61,814 bases of DNA from an uncultured Ignavibacteriota bacterium (lineage in GTDB: Bacteria; Bacteroidota; Ignavibacteria; UBA10030; BY39). This document shows positions 28,770 to 37,268 of this stretch, piece by piece (position 1 is the stretch's first letter; every line of letters begins with the position of its first letter). The notes beneath the pieces are model-generated. The model made no database searches. It was given only the letters and a program-made list of their open reading frames with translations, and was not told the origin of the DNA. A program made the position numbers and the translations under genes. Where the stretch lies: positions 1 through 61,814 of the forward strand of contig CAMTVZ010000165.1 in assembly GCA_947085285.1 (NCBI GenBank), read 5' to 3'.

Positions 28770-30601
28770 TTAATTTCCTCTTCGATTGTTGAGATTAAAT
28801 CAACAGTTTGGTTATAAATATTTTGCATATCGAGTGAGTCCGACGTAGGAGCGAAACGTGCAAACTCGCAATGGTCGAGTGTAGTCAGAATTTTGTTAAT
28901 TGATTCATCGCTAACATTCCGTGCTTTGAGTGAAATGCCGACAGTCTCCCTCGATAGTTCTGCAAGTTGAATTCCTAGTTTGTCTCCAACATATCCCCAT
29001 AAAGCTTTAGAGAGTTCTTCATAAAATTCTTCTCTCTTTTTCGCTGATAGTAAATGTTTTGTAGTTGCAAGCCGTTTTTTAGCAATTTTGGTGGCACGTT
29101 TGCTTTTAAAACGTATTACATCGCTTACATTTTGTTCGTAGCGTTTATACAAAAATATAAATCCTAAGAATAAAAATATTGGTACAATGCTTAAACCCCA
29201 AAATAACATCGATCCAAAAAATGTTTTTCCGTGTTTCTTAAATTTAATAGGATCGCTTTTGATGAAACGGATATCCTGCCCAAGTAGCTTTATTTCTTCT
29301 TTACTCAAACCGGCGATTGGTGCCGAAACTATATCGCTCCCTTTTGTAACATTGAGGTTAAAATCGGGGGAATTAATTGAAACATATTCTTTTTTAGTTG
29401 GGTCGAAATAAGTGAACGTAAAGGAAGATATTTTTTGATTCCCTTGCCTACGTGGTATTAACAAGTATTCAAAAGTCCGGCTACCCGAAATGATATTTGT
29501 TGCTTGTGAAATGTTATCCGAAATTTTTGGGTCGTAACTATCGAGGTCAGAAGGGAAGTTTATTTTCAAAGGTTGAATCAGCTTTAAATTACCACGTCCT
29601 GAAATTTTTACTTTAAGAGTTACAGCTTCATTCGATTTTGTTTCAGTTTTATCGAGCCAAAATTCGGCAGAAAATTTTCCGACAGCACCGCTAAATCCTG
29701 GTGGGGGATTCGTCGGTAGGGGGCGGACGTTAACCTTAAGACTGTTACTTATTGATTTATGTTCTACGTTTCGCACATTCCCGAAAAATGGGTCGTTAAA
29801 AAATTGGTCGAATATATCGCCGCTGCGTCTTCGTGTTTGAACCTGAACAACAAAATCTGCCTCCATCGGATCAATCTCGAGCGTGCCGCTTTGCTGTGGA
29901 AAAAGAGCTGTCTTCCGAAGAGTTGCCACTCTGTATTGAATTCCATTTAAAACTTCAATTCCAAACTGCGGATTTTTGGGTAACTCAATTTCTTGATTCC
30001 AAAATCCTGTGAAAGAAGGAACTTTGCTAACAGAGTAATTTGTAATGTTCACACGTGTATACAGTTTGTAGGTCGCTGTGATTTGTTCCCCCTGGTAAAC
30101 ATTTGATTTATCGACACTTACACGGATGAAAAGATTGTCGCTGATTTGTTTTGAAATACTAGCCTCTTCTTGCGTCTGCGATTGTTGTGGCTTCGGTTTC
30201 GACGCCCCTTTTGTAACCTCGATAGTGATGCTATTCGATTGTATCTTCTTACCACCTGATTCTATCGAAGCTGGAGCGATAGTGAATTTACCTTCAGCAC
30301 GGGGCTGGAGAATATAAGAGTAAGAAATCGATTGCGACAGTGCTCCATTTATGAATTGCATACTTGTAGATTGATTGGGACCTGATAAGACTAAAAAATC
30401 GTTAAAAGGTGGTGGTTGAAAATTTTTTCCACTTCCGTTTAACGAAAAGGTAATTTCAATCTGTTCACCCATCTCTATACGATTTCTATCGACCGAAGCA
30501 GTGAAAGATACATCTTGAGCTAAGGCAAAAGAAAATGAAATGGATATTGCAAACAATAAAAACAAAAATTTAATATTTCCAATCAGCAATTTATAATTCA
30601 T
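28766..30601 (-). CDS. batD: BatD-like oxygen-tolerance protein
   Basis: About 611 aa from the Met at 30601 (MNYKLLIGNIKFLFLLFAISISFSFALAQD signal peptide). That Met lies 1 nt after the batC stop; the track start at 30619 is less likely. It has repeated beta-rich domains, one TM near aa 470, and operon context. Confidence 0.7.
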   Translation of the reverse strand: MNYKLLIGNIKFLFLLFAISISFSFALAQDVSFTASVDRNRIEMGEQIEITFSLNGSGKNFQPPPFNDFLVLSGPNQSTSMQFINGALSQSISYSYILQPRAEGKFTIAPASIESGGKKIQSNSITIEVTKGASKPKPQQSQTQEEASISKQISDNLFIRVSVDKSNVYQGEQITATYKLYTRVNITNYSVSKVPSFTGFWNQEIELPKNPQFGIEVLNGIQYRVATLRKTALFPQQSGTLEIDPMEADFVVQVQTRRRSGDIFDQFFNDPFFGNVRNVEHKSISNSLKVNVRPLPTNPPPGFSGAVGKFSAEFWLDKTETKSNEAVTLKVKISGRGNLKLIQPLKINFPSDLDSYDPKISDNISQATNIISGSRTFEYLLIPRRQGNQKISSFTFTYFDPTKKEYVSINSPDFNLNVTKGSDIVSAPIAGLSKEEIKLLGQDIRFIKSDPIKFKKHGKTFFGSMLFWGLSIVPIFLFLGFIFLYKRYEQNVSDVIRFKSKRATKIAKKRLATTKHLLSAKKREEFYEELSKALWGYVGDKLGIQLAELSRETVGISLKARNVSDESINKILTTLDHCEFARFAPTSDSLDMQNIYNQTVDLISTIEEEIK

Positions 30602-30602
30602 T

Positions 30603-31292
30603 TCACCAATCCTTCTCAATTGAGATGCGTGCAGGAGCTTTCTTCTTTAGTTTTTTCTGAACATCCTTTTCTTCATTTTTCAAAGCTTCAAGAAGTCGTT
30701 CGGCGTCGTCTTTAGAAATCTTCTGTTCCTGTTGTTTGGCTTGTTGCTTTTTTTGTTCCTCTTGTTTTTGCTGCTCTTGTTTCTGTTGTTCCTGATTTTG
30801 CTCTTCTTGTTTTTGTTGGTCCTTTTGTTTTTTGTCTTGATTGTCTTGTTTTTGTCCGCCTGAGGCGGATTGCTGCTGCTGAAGCAGCATTTTTGCGTAT
30901 TCTAAATTGTATTTAGTATCAACATCGTTAGGATTTAGCTTCAGAGCATTTTTATATGCTTCGATGCTCTCTTGAATTTTTTGTGTTTTGAGAAACGAGT
31001 TTCCAAGATTATGTAGTGCCTTTGCTCGAGTCTCTTTGTCAGTTTCTTTTGTAGCTGCAATTTTAAACTTCTCAGCTGCTTCTTCATACTTTTCTTGCTT
31101 ATATAAGGCGTTCCCTAAATTAAATGTACCATAATATGAATCCTTATTTTTCTCTAACGATTTACGGTAATTAACTTCGGCATCAATAAATTTATTTTCT
31201 TTATACTTTCGGTTACCTTCGTTAATAAACGATCTTTCGGATTGAGAATAAGCCGAAGCTGAAATAATTAATATGAAGATAATTAATTTCAT
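30603..31292 (-). CDS. batC: BatC-like TPR protein with Q/K/E-rich low-complexity tail
   Basis: 229 aa with a signal peptide, TPR repeats (GNALYKQEKYEEAAEKF; LGNSFLKTQKIQESIEAYKNALKLNPND) and then a QQKQEEQNQEQQKQ... tract. Confidence 0.65.
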   Translation of the reverse strand: MKLIIFILIISASAYSQSERSFINEGNRKYKENKFIDAEVNYRKSLEKNKDSYYGTFNLGNALYKQEKYEEAAEKFKIAATKETDKETRAKALHNLGNSFLKTQKIQESIEAYKNALKLNPNDVDTKYNLEYAKMLLQQQQSASGGQKQDNQDKKQKDQQKQEEQNQEQQKQEQQKQEEQKKQQAKQQEQKISKDDAERLLEALKNEEKDVQKKLKKKAPARISIEKDW

Positions 31293-32329
31293 TTATTTTT
31301 GTCTCCGAATAAATTCCATTTCGAAAGCCATTTGTTTTTGCGGTCAGAAATAAAAAATTCTATCACTAATAATAAAAGTGCGATTGCTAAAAAATATTGG
31401 AAACGGTCTTCATAGTCGGTAAATATTTTTGCCGCATACTCTTTTTTTTCCATCGCTGAAATTTCTTCCAATATAAGTTCTAATTCATTTTGCTGATTTG
31501 TTGCAAGGATGTATTTGCCGTTCCCTGCTGAAGCAATTTGCTGTAAAACTGCTTCATTTAATTTGGTAACGACTATGTTTCCATTTTTATCTTTTCGGAA
31601 ACCGACATGCACATTATTTTGATAAATCGGAATAGGTGCCCCCATCGGCGAGCCCATTCCAATAGTGTGTACAATTATCCCTTGTTCGGCTGCGTTTTTA
31701 GCTTCGCTGATAGCATCGTCTTCGTGGTTCTCGCCATCAGAAATTACAACCAACACTTTATATTTCTTTTCGTCCCCCAAAAACGATTTTATTGCGAGCC
31801 GGATTGCCGAACCGATTGCAGTCCCTTGTATCGGAACAATATCGGTATCAATCGCACTCAAAAATAATTTCGCAGCCGAATAATCGGGTGTTAAGGGGAG
31901 TTGAAGATAAGCCTCGCCGGCAAAGACGATTAATCCAATTCTATCGTTCTGAAGTTTATCTACCAAACGCGAAATTGCTTGTTTTGTGCTTTCGAGGCGA
32001 TTCGGTTTGATATCTTCGGCTCTCATACTGTTCGATACATCGATAGCAATTATGATATCAACCCCTTCTCTCTTAATTTCTTCTAACTTAGATCCAACTT
32101 GCAAATTGGCGAGCCCTAATATTGTGAAAATAAATGCTGAAATTAGTATTAAAAATTTTACAGCATATTTGTATTTGGGAGAATCGGGTATCAATCGGCT
32201 GATTAAGTGAAGTTCGCCGAAATCAATTAGCGCTTTTTTCTTCTTTCGCATTGCATACCAATATACTCCAATAATAATTGGGATGAGAAAGAGAGCGTAT
32301 AAAAATTCTATGTTAGCAAAACGAATCAT
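31289..32329 (-). CDS. batB: VWA-domain membrane protein (BatB-like)
   Basis: 346 aa with an N-terminal TM pair, a VWA domain with MIDAS DVSNSM, and a C-terminal TM. Confidence 0.8.
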   Translation of the reverse strand: MIRFANIEFLYALFLIPIIIGVYWYAMRKKKKALIDFGELHLISRLIPDSPKYKYAVKFLILISAFIFTILGLANLQVGSKLEEIKREGVDIIIAIDVSNSMRAEDIKPNRLESTKQAISRLVDKLQNDRIGLIVFAGEAYLQLPLTPDYSAAKLFLSAIDTDIVPIQGTAIGSAIRLAIKSFLGDEKKYKVLVVISDGENHEDDAISEAKNAAEQGIIVHTIGMGSPMGAPIPIYQNNVHVGFRKDKNGNIVVTKLNEAVLQQIASAGNGKYILATNQQNELELILEEISAMEKKEYAAKIFTDYEDRFQYFLAIALLLLVIEFFISDRKNKWLSKWNLFGDKNK

Positions 32330-32333
32330 TTTC

Positions 32334-32403
32334 TAATTGTTAATTGTAAATGTGAATTATAAAATTTAAAATTTAAAATTATAAATCCGCAATCCGAAAT
32401 CAA
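32334..32403. repeat. 70-nt heptanucleotide-periodic tract in the batA-batB spacer
   Basis: TAATTGT TAATTGT AAATGTG AATTATA AAATTTA AAATTTA AAATTAT AAATCCG CAATCCG AAATCAA. The tract fills essentially the whole 74-nt intergenic gap. Confidence 0.7.
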
Positions 32404-33396
32404 TCACGGGTTTGTCCTGAATATCGTATATCTGAACAATAATTCCAACAGGAGAAACAATCCTGCAAACAATGCTGCTAGTGTGAATTGTTCCGATTTA
32501 CGTCTGAATTCAGTTACTTCAATTTTAGTCTTTTCCAATTTATCAATTTCCTGAAAAATCGCTTTTAGTTTTTTGTTATCAGTAGCGCGGAAGTATTTAC
32601 CGCCGGTTGTCTCGGCAATTTTTTTCATTAATTCTTCATCAATTTGAACAGGAACATTTTGGTATTGAGTTCCAAAGGGTGTTTGAACAGGGTAAGGTGC
32701 CAGTCCAATTGTTCCAACGCCGATTGTATAAACCCTAATTCCGAAAGACTGAGCAATTTGCGAGGCTGTGATTGGGTCGATGAAACCACGATTGTTGATA
32801 CCATCGGTTAACAAAATTATCACTTTGCTTTTAGCTTTGCTATCTTTTAATCTGCTTACCGAAGTTGCCAGCCCCATTCCGATAGCAGTTCCGTCTTCAA
32901 TTATTCCGCTTTTCACATCTTTCAATAAATTTTTTACCACAGCCCGGTCGGTTGTAAGGGGGCATTGGGTAAAACTTTCGCCTGCAAAAATTACGATTCC
33001 GATTCGGTCGTTCTCTCTGCCGTCAATAAAATCGAATGCAACTTGTTTTGCTGCTTCTATGCGGTTAGGTCGCAAGTCCTCAGCTAACATACTTCCAGAA
33101 ATATCGGTTGAAATTATAATATCGATACCTTCGGTAGTAACCTTTTCGCTTCGGGTTGATGATTGCGGACGGGCAAGAGCAATGACGAGGAGAATAAAAG
33201 TAAGCATTCTAAAGACAAATAATAGATGCCGAAACCTTTGCCGCCACGAACGGGGTGCAAATTCAAAACTTTCCAATGTAGATACTTGCAGTTCAACATA
33301 CTGCTTACGGTTGTGTTTCCAATACCAATAAATAAAAACGGGTATCAATATTAGTAAATAGAAAAAGTATGGAGATGCAAAAGTTATATTGCTCAT
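32404..33396 (-). CDS. batA: VWA-domain membrane protein (BatA-like)
   Basis: 330 aa with N-terminal TMs, a VWA domain with MIDAS TDISGSM, LLTDGINN, and a C-terminal TM. Confidence 0.8.
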   Translation of the reverse strand: MSNITFASPYFFYLLILIPVFIYWYWKHNRKQYVELQVSTLESFEFAPRSWRQRFRHLLFVFRMLTFILLVIALARPQSSTRSEKVTTEGIDIIISTDISGSMLAEDLRPNRIEAAKQVAFDFIDGRENDRIGIVIFAGESFTQCPLTTDRAVVKNLLKDVKSGIIEDGTAIGMGLATSVSRLKDSKAKSKVIILLTDGINNRGFIDPITASQIAQSFGIRVYTIGVGTIGLAPYPVQTPFGTQYQNVPVQIDEELMKKIAETTGGKYFRATDNKKLKAIFQEIDKLEKTKIEVTEFRRKSEQFTLAALFAGLFLLLELLFRYTIFRTNP

Positions 33397-34475
33397 ACCT
33401 TTTCCTCTTCTAATTTTTTGGGAATTGTTTTTTCAACGAATTCGAAAGCTTGTTTCATACTTACATCGTTTTCATTTGGGAGGGGTTGCTGTTTTGCAAA
33501 CTTAACAAAGTCGGCAAGTGTAAGCATCTCTCTCAATATCGATTGTAATTCTCCGTTGAATTCTGGATGATGCGAGTAGTCGGCTAATATCTCATCGGTT
33601 GTCGATTCCATCGCTTTAATATTGAAACGGTCTTCGATATATGTTCGGACAATATCAGTAAGTTTGCTGTGGTAGAGTTTAACTTCGCCACGTTGCCACA
33701 ATTTTTCGGCTTCGAGATAGCGGAGTGCATCGAGTGCGATTTCGTGTGGAGGTCGTTTCGGTTCACTGAAAATTTTCCAGATATCTTTCTGTTGTCGCTT
33801 TCTTATAATGTAATAAAGCAAAATACCTACAAGGAGCGTAGCAATAACACCTATTAAATAGGGAAGTATTTGTGCAAATGTTATCGGCACGCTCAAGGGT
33901 GGTTTGATATCTTTTATCTCTTGTGATGGGTCGACCCCAACACCACGAATAAAAATTGGGATAGGAAAAGTGGAAGCAAAATAAAGCGTAGTATCGTTTT
34001 TCAAAATGTAGCCGAAATCCAGCTGAGGAATTACAAACGTTCCTGTATCATAACCCGAAATTGTAAAAATTGTTTTTTCGATTATTTTATTTTCTGATTT
34101 TGCGATTAAAGGTTGCGAGCGTTCAATTATATCTAAACCTTTAAGTGAATCTATAATTGCTGGATATGAAATTTTTGTATCGGGTGGATATTCTAATTCG
34201 ATATAAAGTTTTAACCAATCGCCGATTAATATATGATTAGAATCAACACGCGCAGCGACTCGAACGTCTTGAGCAACGAGCGGAGAGCTTAGAGCTAAGA
34301 GCAGAGAGCTAATAGCAATGAGCCCTTCGACTACGCTCAGGGTAAACTTTGAGCGATGAGTGATGAGTTTAGAGCTTAGAGCAATGAGCTTAGAGCGTAG
34401 AGCAAAGAAAATAGTGATGTATTTTCTGAATTCGATATTCGATATTCGATATTCGATATTTACTCGTTTTACCAT
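33393..34475 (-). CDS. Bat-operon membrane protein: BatD-like N-terminal beta domain + TM + DUF4381-like C-terminal region; N-terminal 70 aa encoded by heptanucleotide repeats
   Basis: 360 aa. The ATG overlaps the DUF58 stop (ATGGTAA). DVRVAARVDSNHILIGDWLKLYIELEYPP parallels BatD's DVSFTASVDRNRIEMGEQIEITFSLNG. A TM segment (ILPYLIGVIATLLVGILLYYII) is followed by PPHEIALDALRYLE, which is DUF4381-like. The start codon is uncertain because of the repeat tract. Confidence 0.55.
   Translation of the reverse strand: MVKRVNIEYRISNIEFRKYITIFFALRSKLIALSSKLITHRSKFTLSVVEGLIAISSLLLALSSPLVAQDVRVAARVDSNHILIGDWLKLYIELEYPPDTKISYPAIIDSLKGLDIIERSQPLIAKSENKIIEKTIFTISGYDTGTFVIPQLDFGYILKNDTTLYFASTFPIPIFIRGVGVDPSQEIKDIKPPLSVPITFAQILPYLIGVIATLLVGILLYYIIRKRQQKDIWKIFSEPKRPPHEIALDALRYLEAEKLWQRGEVKLYHSKLTDIVRTYIEDRFNIKAMESTTDEILADYSHHPEFNGELQSILREMLTLADFVKFAKQQPLPNENDVSMKQAFEFVEKTIPKKLEEEKV
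34271..34466. repeat. 28 consecutive heptanucleotide units (STRR-like degenerate tandem repeats) around a unique core
   Basis: Phased from 34271, the plus strand reads GAGCAAC GAGCGGA GAGCTTA GAGCTAA GAGCAGA GAGCTAA TAGCAAT GAGCCCT | TCGACTA CGCTCAG GGTAAAC | TTTGAGC GATGAGT GATGAGT TTAGAGC TTAGAGC AATGAGC TTAGAGC GTAGAGC | AAAGAAA ATAGTGA TGTATTT TCTGAAT | TCGATAT x4 | TTACTCG. Confidence 0.8.
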
Positions 34476-35344
34476 CTTTTTTCTCTAATTCTGAAAAAAT
34501 TCATGAGTGGTTGAATATACGATTGGTCGGTTCGGATGTTAATGCTATCCACACCACTTTTACGGAAGATCGATTTTAAGTTTTCTTCTGTTTGTTGTCT
34601 CCATTTTTTATAATTATCGCGAACTTGTTTTTTTGAGGTATCCACCCAAAATACTTTACCTGTTTCGGCATCGGCAAGACGCATCAAACCGACTGCCGGT
34701 AATTCTTGTTCGCGCTGATCGTAAATATTGATAGCTACTACATCGTGTTTTTTGTTTGCAATTTTCAGTGCATCTTCAAATCCCTTATCCATAAAATCCG
34801 AAATCACAAATGCGATACTCCTTTTTTTAATAGCGCTGCGTAAATATCGCAAAGCTTCGGTAATGTTAGTTTGTTTGTGCTGTGGTTTGAAATCGAGCAA
34901 TTCACGTATGATGCGAAGTATGTGAGTTCTTCCTTTTTTGGGAGGTATAAATCGTTCAACGATATCGCTGAAAAATATTATTCCAACTTTATCGTTGTTT
35001 TGTATTGCAGAGAAGGCAAGCACTGCACAAAGTTCGATTGCTAAATCCTTTTTCATTTGCAGAGCAGTTCCGAATTCCCCCGAGCCGCTTACATCTACAA
35101 GAATCATTACCGTAAGTTCGCGCTCTTCTTCGAATATTTTTACATACGGATGGTTGAATCGGGCTGTAACATTCCAGTCGATCGAGCGGATATCATCGCC
35201 AATTTGGTATTCTCGAACTTCGCTAAAAGCCATACCGCGTCCTTTGAACACGCTGTGGTATTCGCCTGAAAAAATTTGGTTGGCGATACCGCGGGTTTTG
35301 ATTTCGATTTTTCTGACTTTTTTTAATAAATCAGTTGTTTCCAT
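34469..35344 (-). CDS. DUF58 domain protein (VWA-like, MoxR partner)
   Basis: 291 aa. GEYHSVFKGRGMAFSEVREYQIGDDIRSIDWNVTAR is the DUF58 signature, and the gene follows moxR. Confidence 0.8.
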   Translation of the reverse strand: METTDLLKKVRKIEIKTRGIANQIFSGEYHSVFKGRGMAFSEVREYQIGDDIRSIDWNVTARFNHPYVKIFEEERELTVMILVDVSGSGEFGTALQMKKDLAIELCAVLAFSAIQNNDKVGIIFFSDIVERFIPPKKGRTHILRIIRELLDFKPQHKQTNITEALRYLRSAIKKRSIAFVISDFMDKGFEDALKIANKKHDVVAINIYDQREQELPAVGLMRLADAETGKVFWVDTSKKQVRDNYKKWRQQTEENLKSIFRKSGVDSINIRTDQSYIQPLMNFFRIREKRW

Positions 35345-36330
35345 TATGGTACTTCTACTGTATTCAAAATCTCGTTCACGATATCTTCGGAGTTCACATT
35401 CTCAGCTTCAGCTTCATAAGTAACGGCGATACGGTGTCGGAGAACATCGTGGCAAACTGCTCGCACATCTTCGGGGATAACATATCCTCGTCGCTTGATA
35501 AATGCAAATGCTTTTGCTGCCAATGCGAGGTTTATACTTGCCCGTGGCGAAGCGCCATAACTGATAAGTTGTGCTAACTTTTCGAGTTTAAAATTCTTAG
35601 GTTCACGTGTCGCAAATACTATATCTAAAATATATTTCTCAATTTTTTCATCCATATAAACTTCTTGAACAACATTCCGAGCTTTTAATATGTCGGCAGG
35701 GCTCACCACAGCTTTGGCTTTCGGGTACGAGTTAGTAATGTTTTGCCGCATAATCAATCGCTCTTCATCACGATTGGGATAAACAATTTTAATCTTTAAC
35801 ATAAAACGATCGACTTGCGCCTCAGGGAGAGGATATGTTCCTTCTTGCTCAATCGGGTTTTGTGTTGCCAGAACAAGAAAGGGTTCATCAAGTTGATATG
35901 TTTGCTCACCGATTGTTACTTGTCTTTCTTGCATAGCTTCGAGCAGAGCGCTTTGAACTTTCGCAGGTGCGCGGTTAATTTCGTCTGCCAAAATAAAATT
36001 AGCAAATATGGGACCTTTCTTTACTGCGAACTCTTCTTTCCGCTGGCTATATATCATTGTACCAATTAAATCTGCAGGAAGCAGGTCGGGGGTAAATTGA
36101 ATTCTCTGAAATTTTGATTGTATCGTTGTTGCCAGAGTTTTTATCGCAAGTGTTTTTGCCAATCCCGGAACGCCTTCTAATAGGATATGTCCATTCGATA
36201 GCAAACCAATTAGCAAACGTTCTACCATATATTTTTGTCCGACTATTACCTTGCCGATTTCCATAGTTAACAAATCAACGAAGGCACTTTCTTTTTGAAT
36301 TTTTTCGTTTAATGTTTTTATATCTGTCAT
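35344..36330 (-). CDS. MoxR-family AAA+ ATPase
   Basis: Walker A is LLEGVPGLAKT and Walker B is FILADEINRAPAKVQSALLEAMQE, with ATQNPIEQEGTYPLPEAQVDRF. I prefer the Met at 36330 (MTDIKT), which has AGGAG 6 nt upstream, over the track start at 36357. Confidence 0.9.
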   Translation of the reverse strand: MTDIKTLNEKIQKESAFVDLLTMEIGKVIVGQKYMVERLLIGLLSNGHILLEGVPGLAKTLAIKTLATTIQSKFQRIQFTPDLLPADLIGTMIYSQRKEEFAVKKGPIFANFILADEINRAPAKVQSALLEAMQERQVTIGEQTYQLDEPFLVLATQNPIEQEGTYPLPEAQVDRFMLKIKIVYPNRDEERLIMRQNITNSYPKAKAVVSPADILKARNVVQEVYMDEKIEKYILDIVFATREPKNFKLEKLAQLISYGASPRASINLALAAKAFAFIKRRGYVIPEDVRAVCHDVLRHRIAVTYEAEAENVNSEDIVNEILNTVEVP

Positions 36331-36575
36331 CAGAACTCCTGTTTTTATTTTTTCCAAAAATTATAAATGGACTCAACAAACAACAAGTCCATTAAACCTC
36401 GAAAGGCGAAAGAATTATAAGAAAAAAAATAGAATATTTCAATTTAAGCGATTCTACGGTTTTATATTAAATGAGTTTCATTATCATCCCTTTTCCTATC
36501 GTTGCAATCCTTATAAAAAAAAATTATATTTAGTAGTGTTTTATCAAACGAATATTTAATAACAACGGAGGTTTT

Positions 36576-37253
36576 ATGTTGAAACTTACATATTACGGTC
36601 ATTCAGCCTTTTTGCTGGATGATGGAAAGACTAAATTAATTATCGACCCTTTTATCGAGGGGAATCCTCTTTCTACTATTAAGGAGAAGGATGTGAATGT
36701 AAATTACATTGTAGTAACTCACGGACATGGCGACCATCTTGGCGATGCGATTAGTATATCGAAAAGGTGCGATGCAACTATTATTGCTGTGAACGAGTTA
36801 GCAAATTATGTTGCAAGTAAAGGTGCCAAAGCCCACAATATGCACATTGGAGGTGGTTTTAATTTCCCATTTGGGCGTGTGAAATTTACTATCGCCCATC
36901 ACGGCTCTTCTTCGGGCGAGGGGACTTATACTGGCGAGCCATCGGGTGTTTTAGTTACGATGGGGGGTAAAACTGTTTATCACACCGGAGATACAGGATT
37001 ATTTTCGGATATGAAACTGATTGGTGAGATGAACCCCGTAGATGTTTTGCTCCTTCCAATTGGCGATAACTTTACGATGGGAATCGACGATGCTGTGAAA
37101 GCTGTTGAATTAGTAAATCCTAAATTTGTTGCACCGATGCACTACAACACTTTTCCAGTTATCGAAGCTGACCCGCATGCTTTTATTGCAAAAGTTAAAG
37201 CAAAAGGATTTAATGGAAAAGTTTTTAATTCTGGTGAAACGTTTGAATTTTAA
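36576..37253 (+). CDS. UPF0173-type metal-dependent hydrolase (metallo-beta-lactamase fold)
   Basis: 225 aa with LTYYGHSAFLL, VTHGHGDHLGDA (HxHxDH) and HTGDTGLF. GGAGG SD lies upstream. Confidence 0.75.
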   Translation: MLKLTYYGHSAFLLDDGKTKLIIDPFIEGNPLSTIKEKDVNVNYIVVTHGHGDHLGDAISISKRCDATIIAVNELANYVASKGAKAHNMHIGGGFNFPFGRVKFTIAHHGSSSGEGTYTGEPSGVLVTMGGKTVYHTGDTGLFSDMKLIGEMNPVDVLLLPIGDNFTMGIDDAVKAVELVNPKFVAPMHYNTFPVIEADPHAFIAKVKAKGFNGKVFNSGETFEF

Positions 37254-37268
37254 GATTGAGATAACGAG

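Noticed and set aside
30040-30060. A search for a parS site (TGTTNCACGTGAAACA) near parAB and elsewhere. CACGTG cores were seen near 30050, 39320 and 54740.
   Set aside because: The flanking bases do not match the parS half-sites, and all three cores are inside coding regions. No parS was identified in this window.
30700-30880. A (CTTGTT/CTGTTG)n-like low-complexity DNA tract encoding the Q/K/E-rich region of BatC.
   Set aside because: Q/E/K-rich tails are a usual feature of BatC-type TPR proteins. The tract is imperfect and in frame, with no evidence of a distinct element.
34271-34466. Possible CRISPR array or other spaced repeat at the heptamer tracts (also 32334-32403).
   Set aside because: The units are 7 nt and contiguous with no spacers, and no cas genes are present. 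They are simple tandem/STRR-like repeats, not CRISPR.
36481-36549. DnaA-box-like 9-mers TTATCATCC and TTATCAAAC in the divergent spacer.
   Set aside because: Each is only 6/9 to the consensus, which is expected by chance in AT-rich DNA. They are kept only as a caveat under the strand-switch finding.
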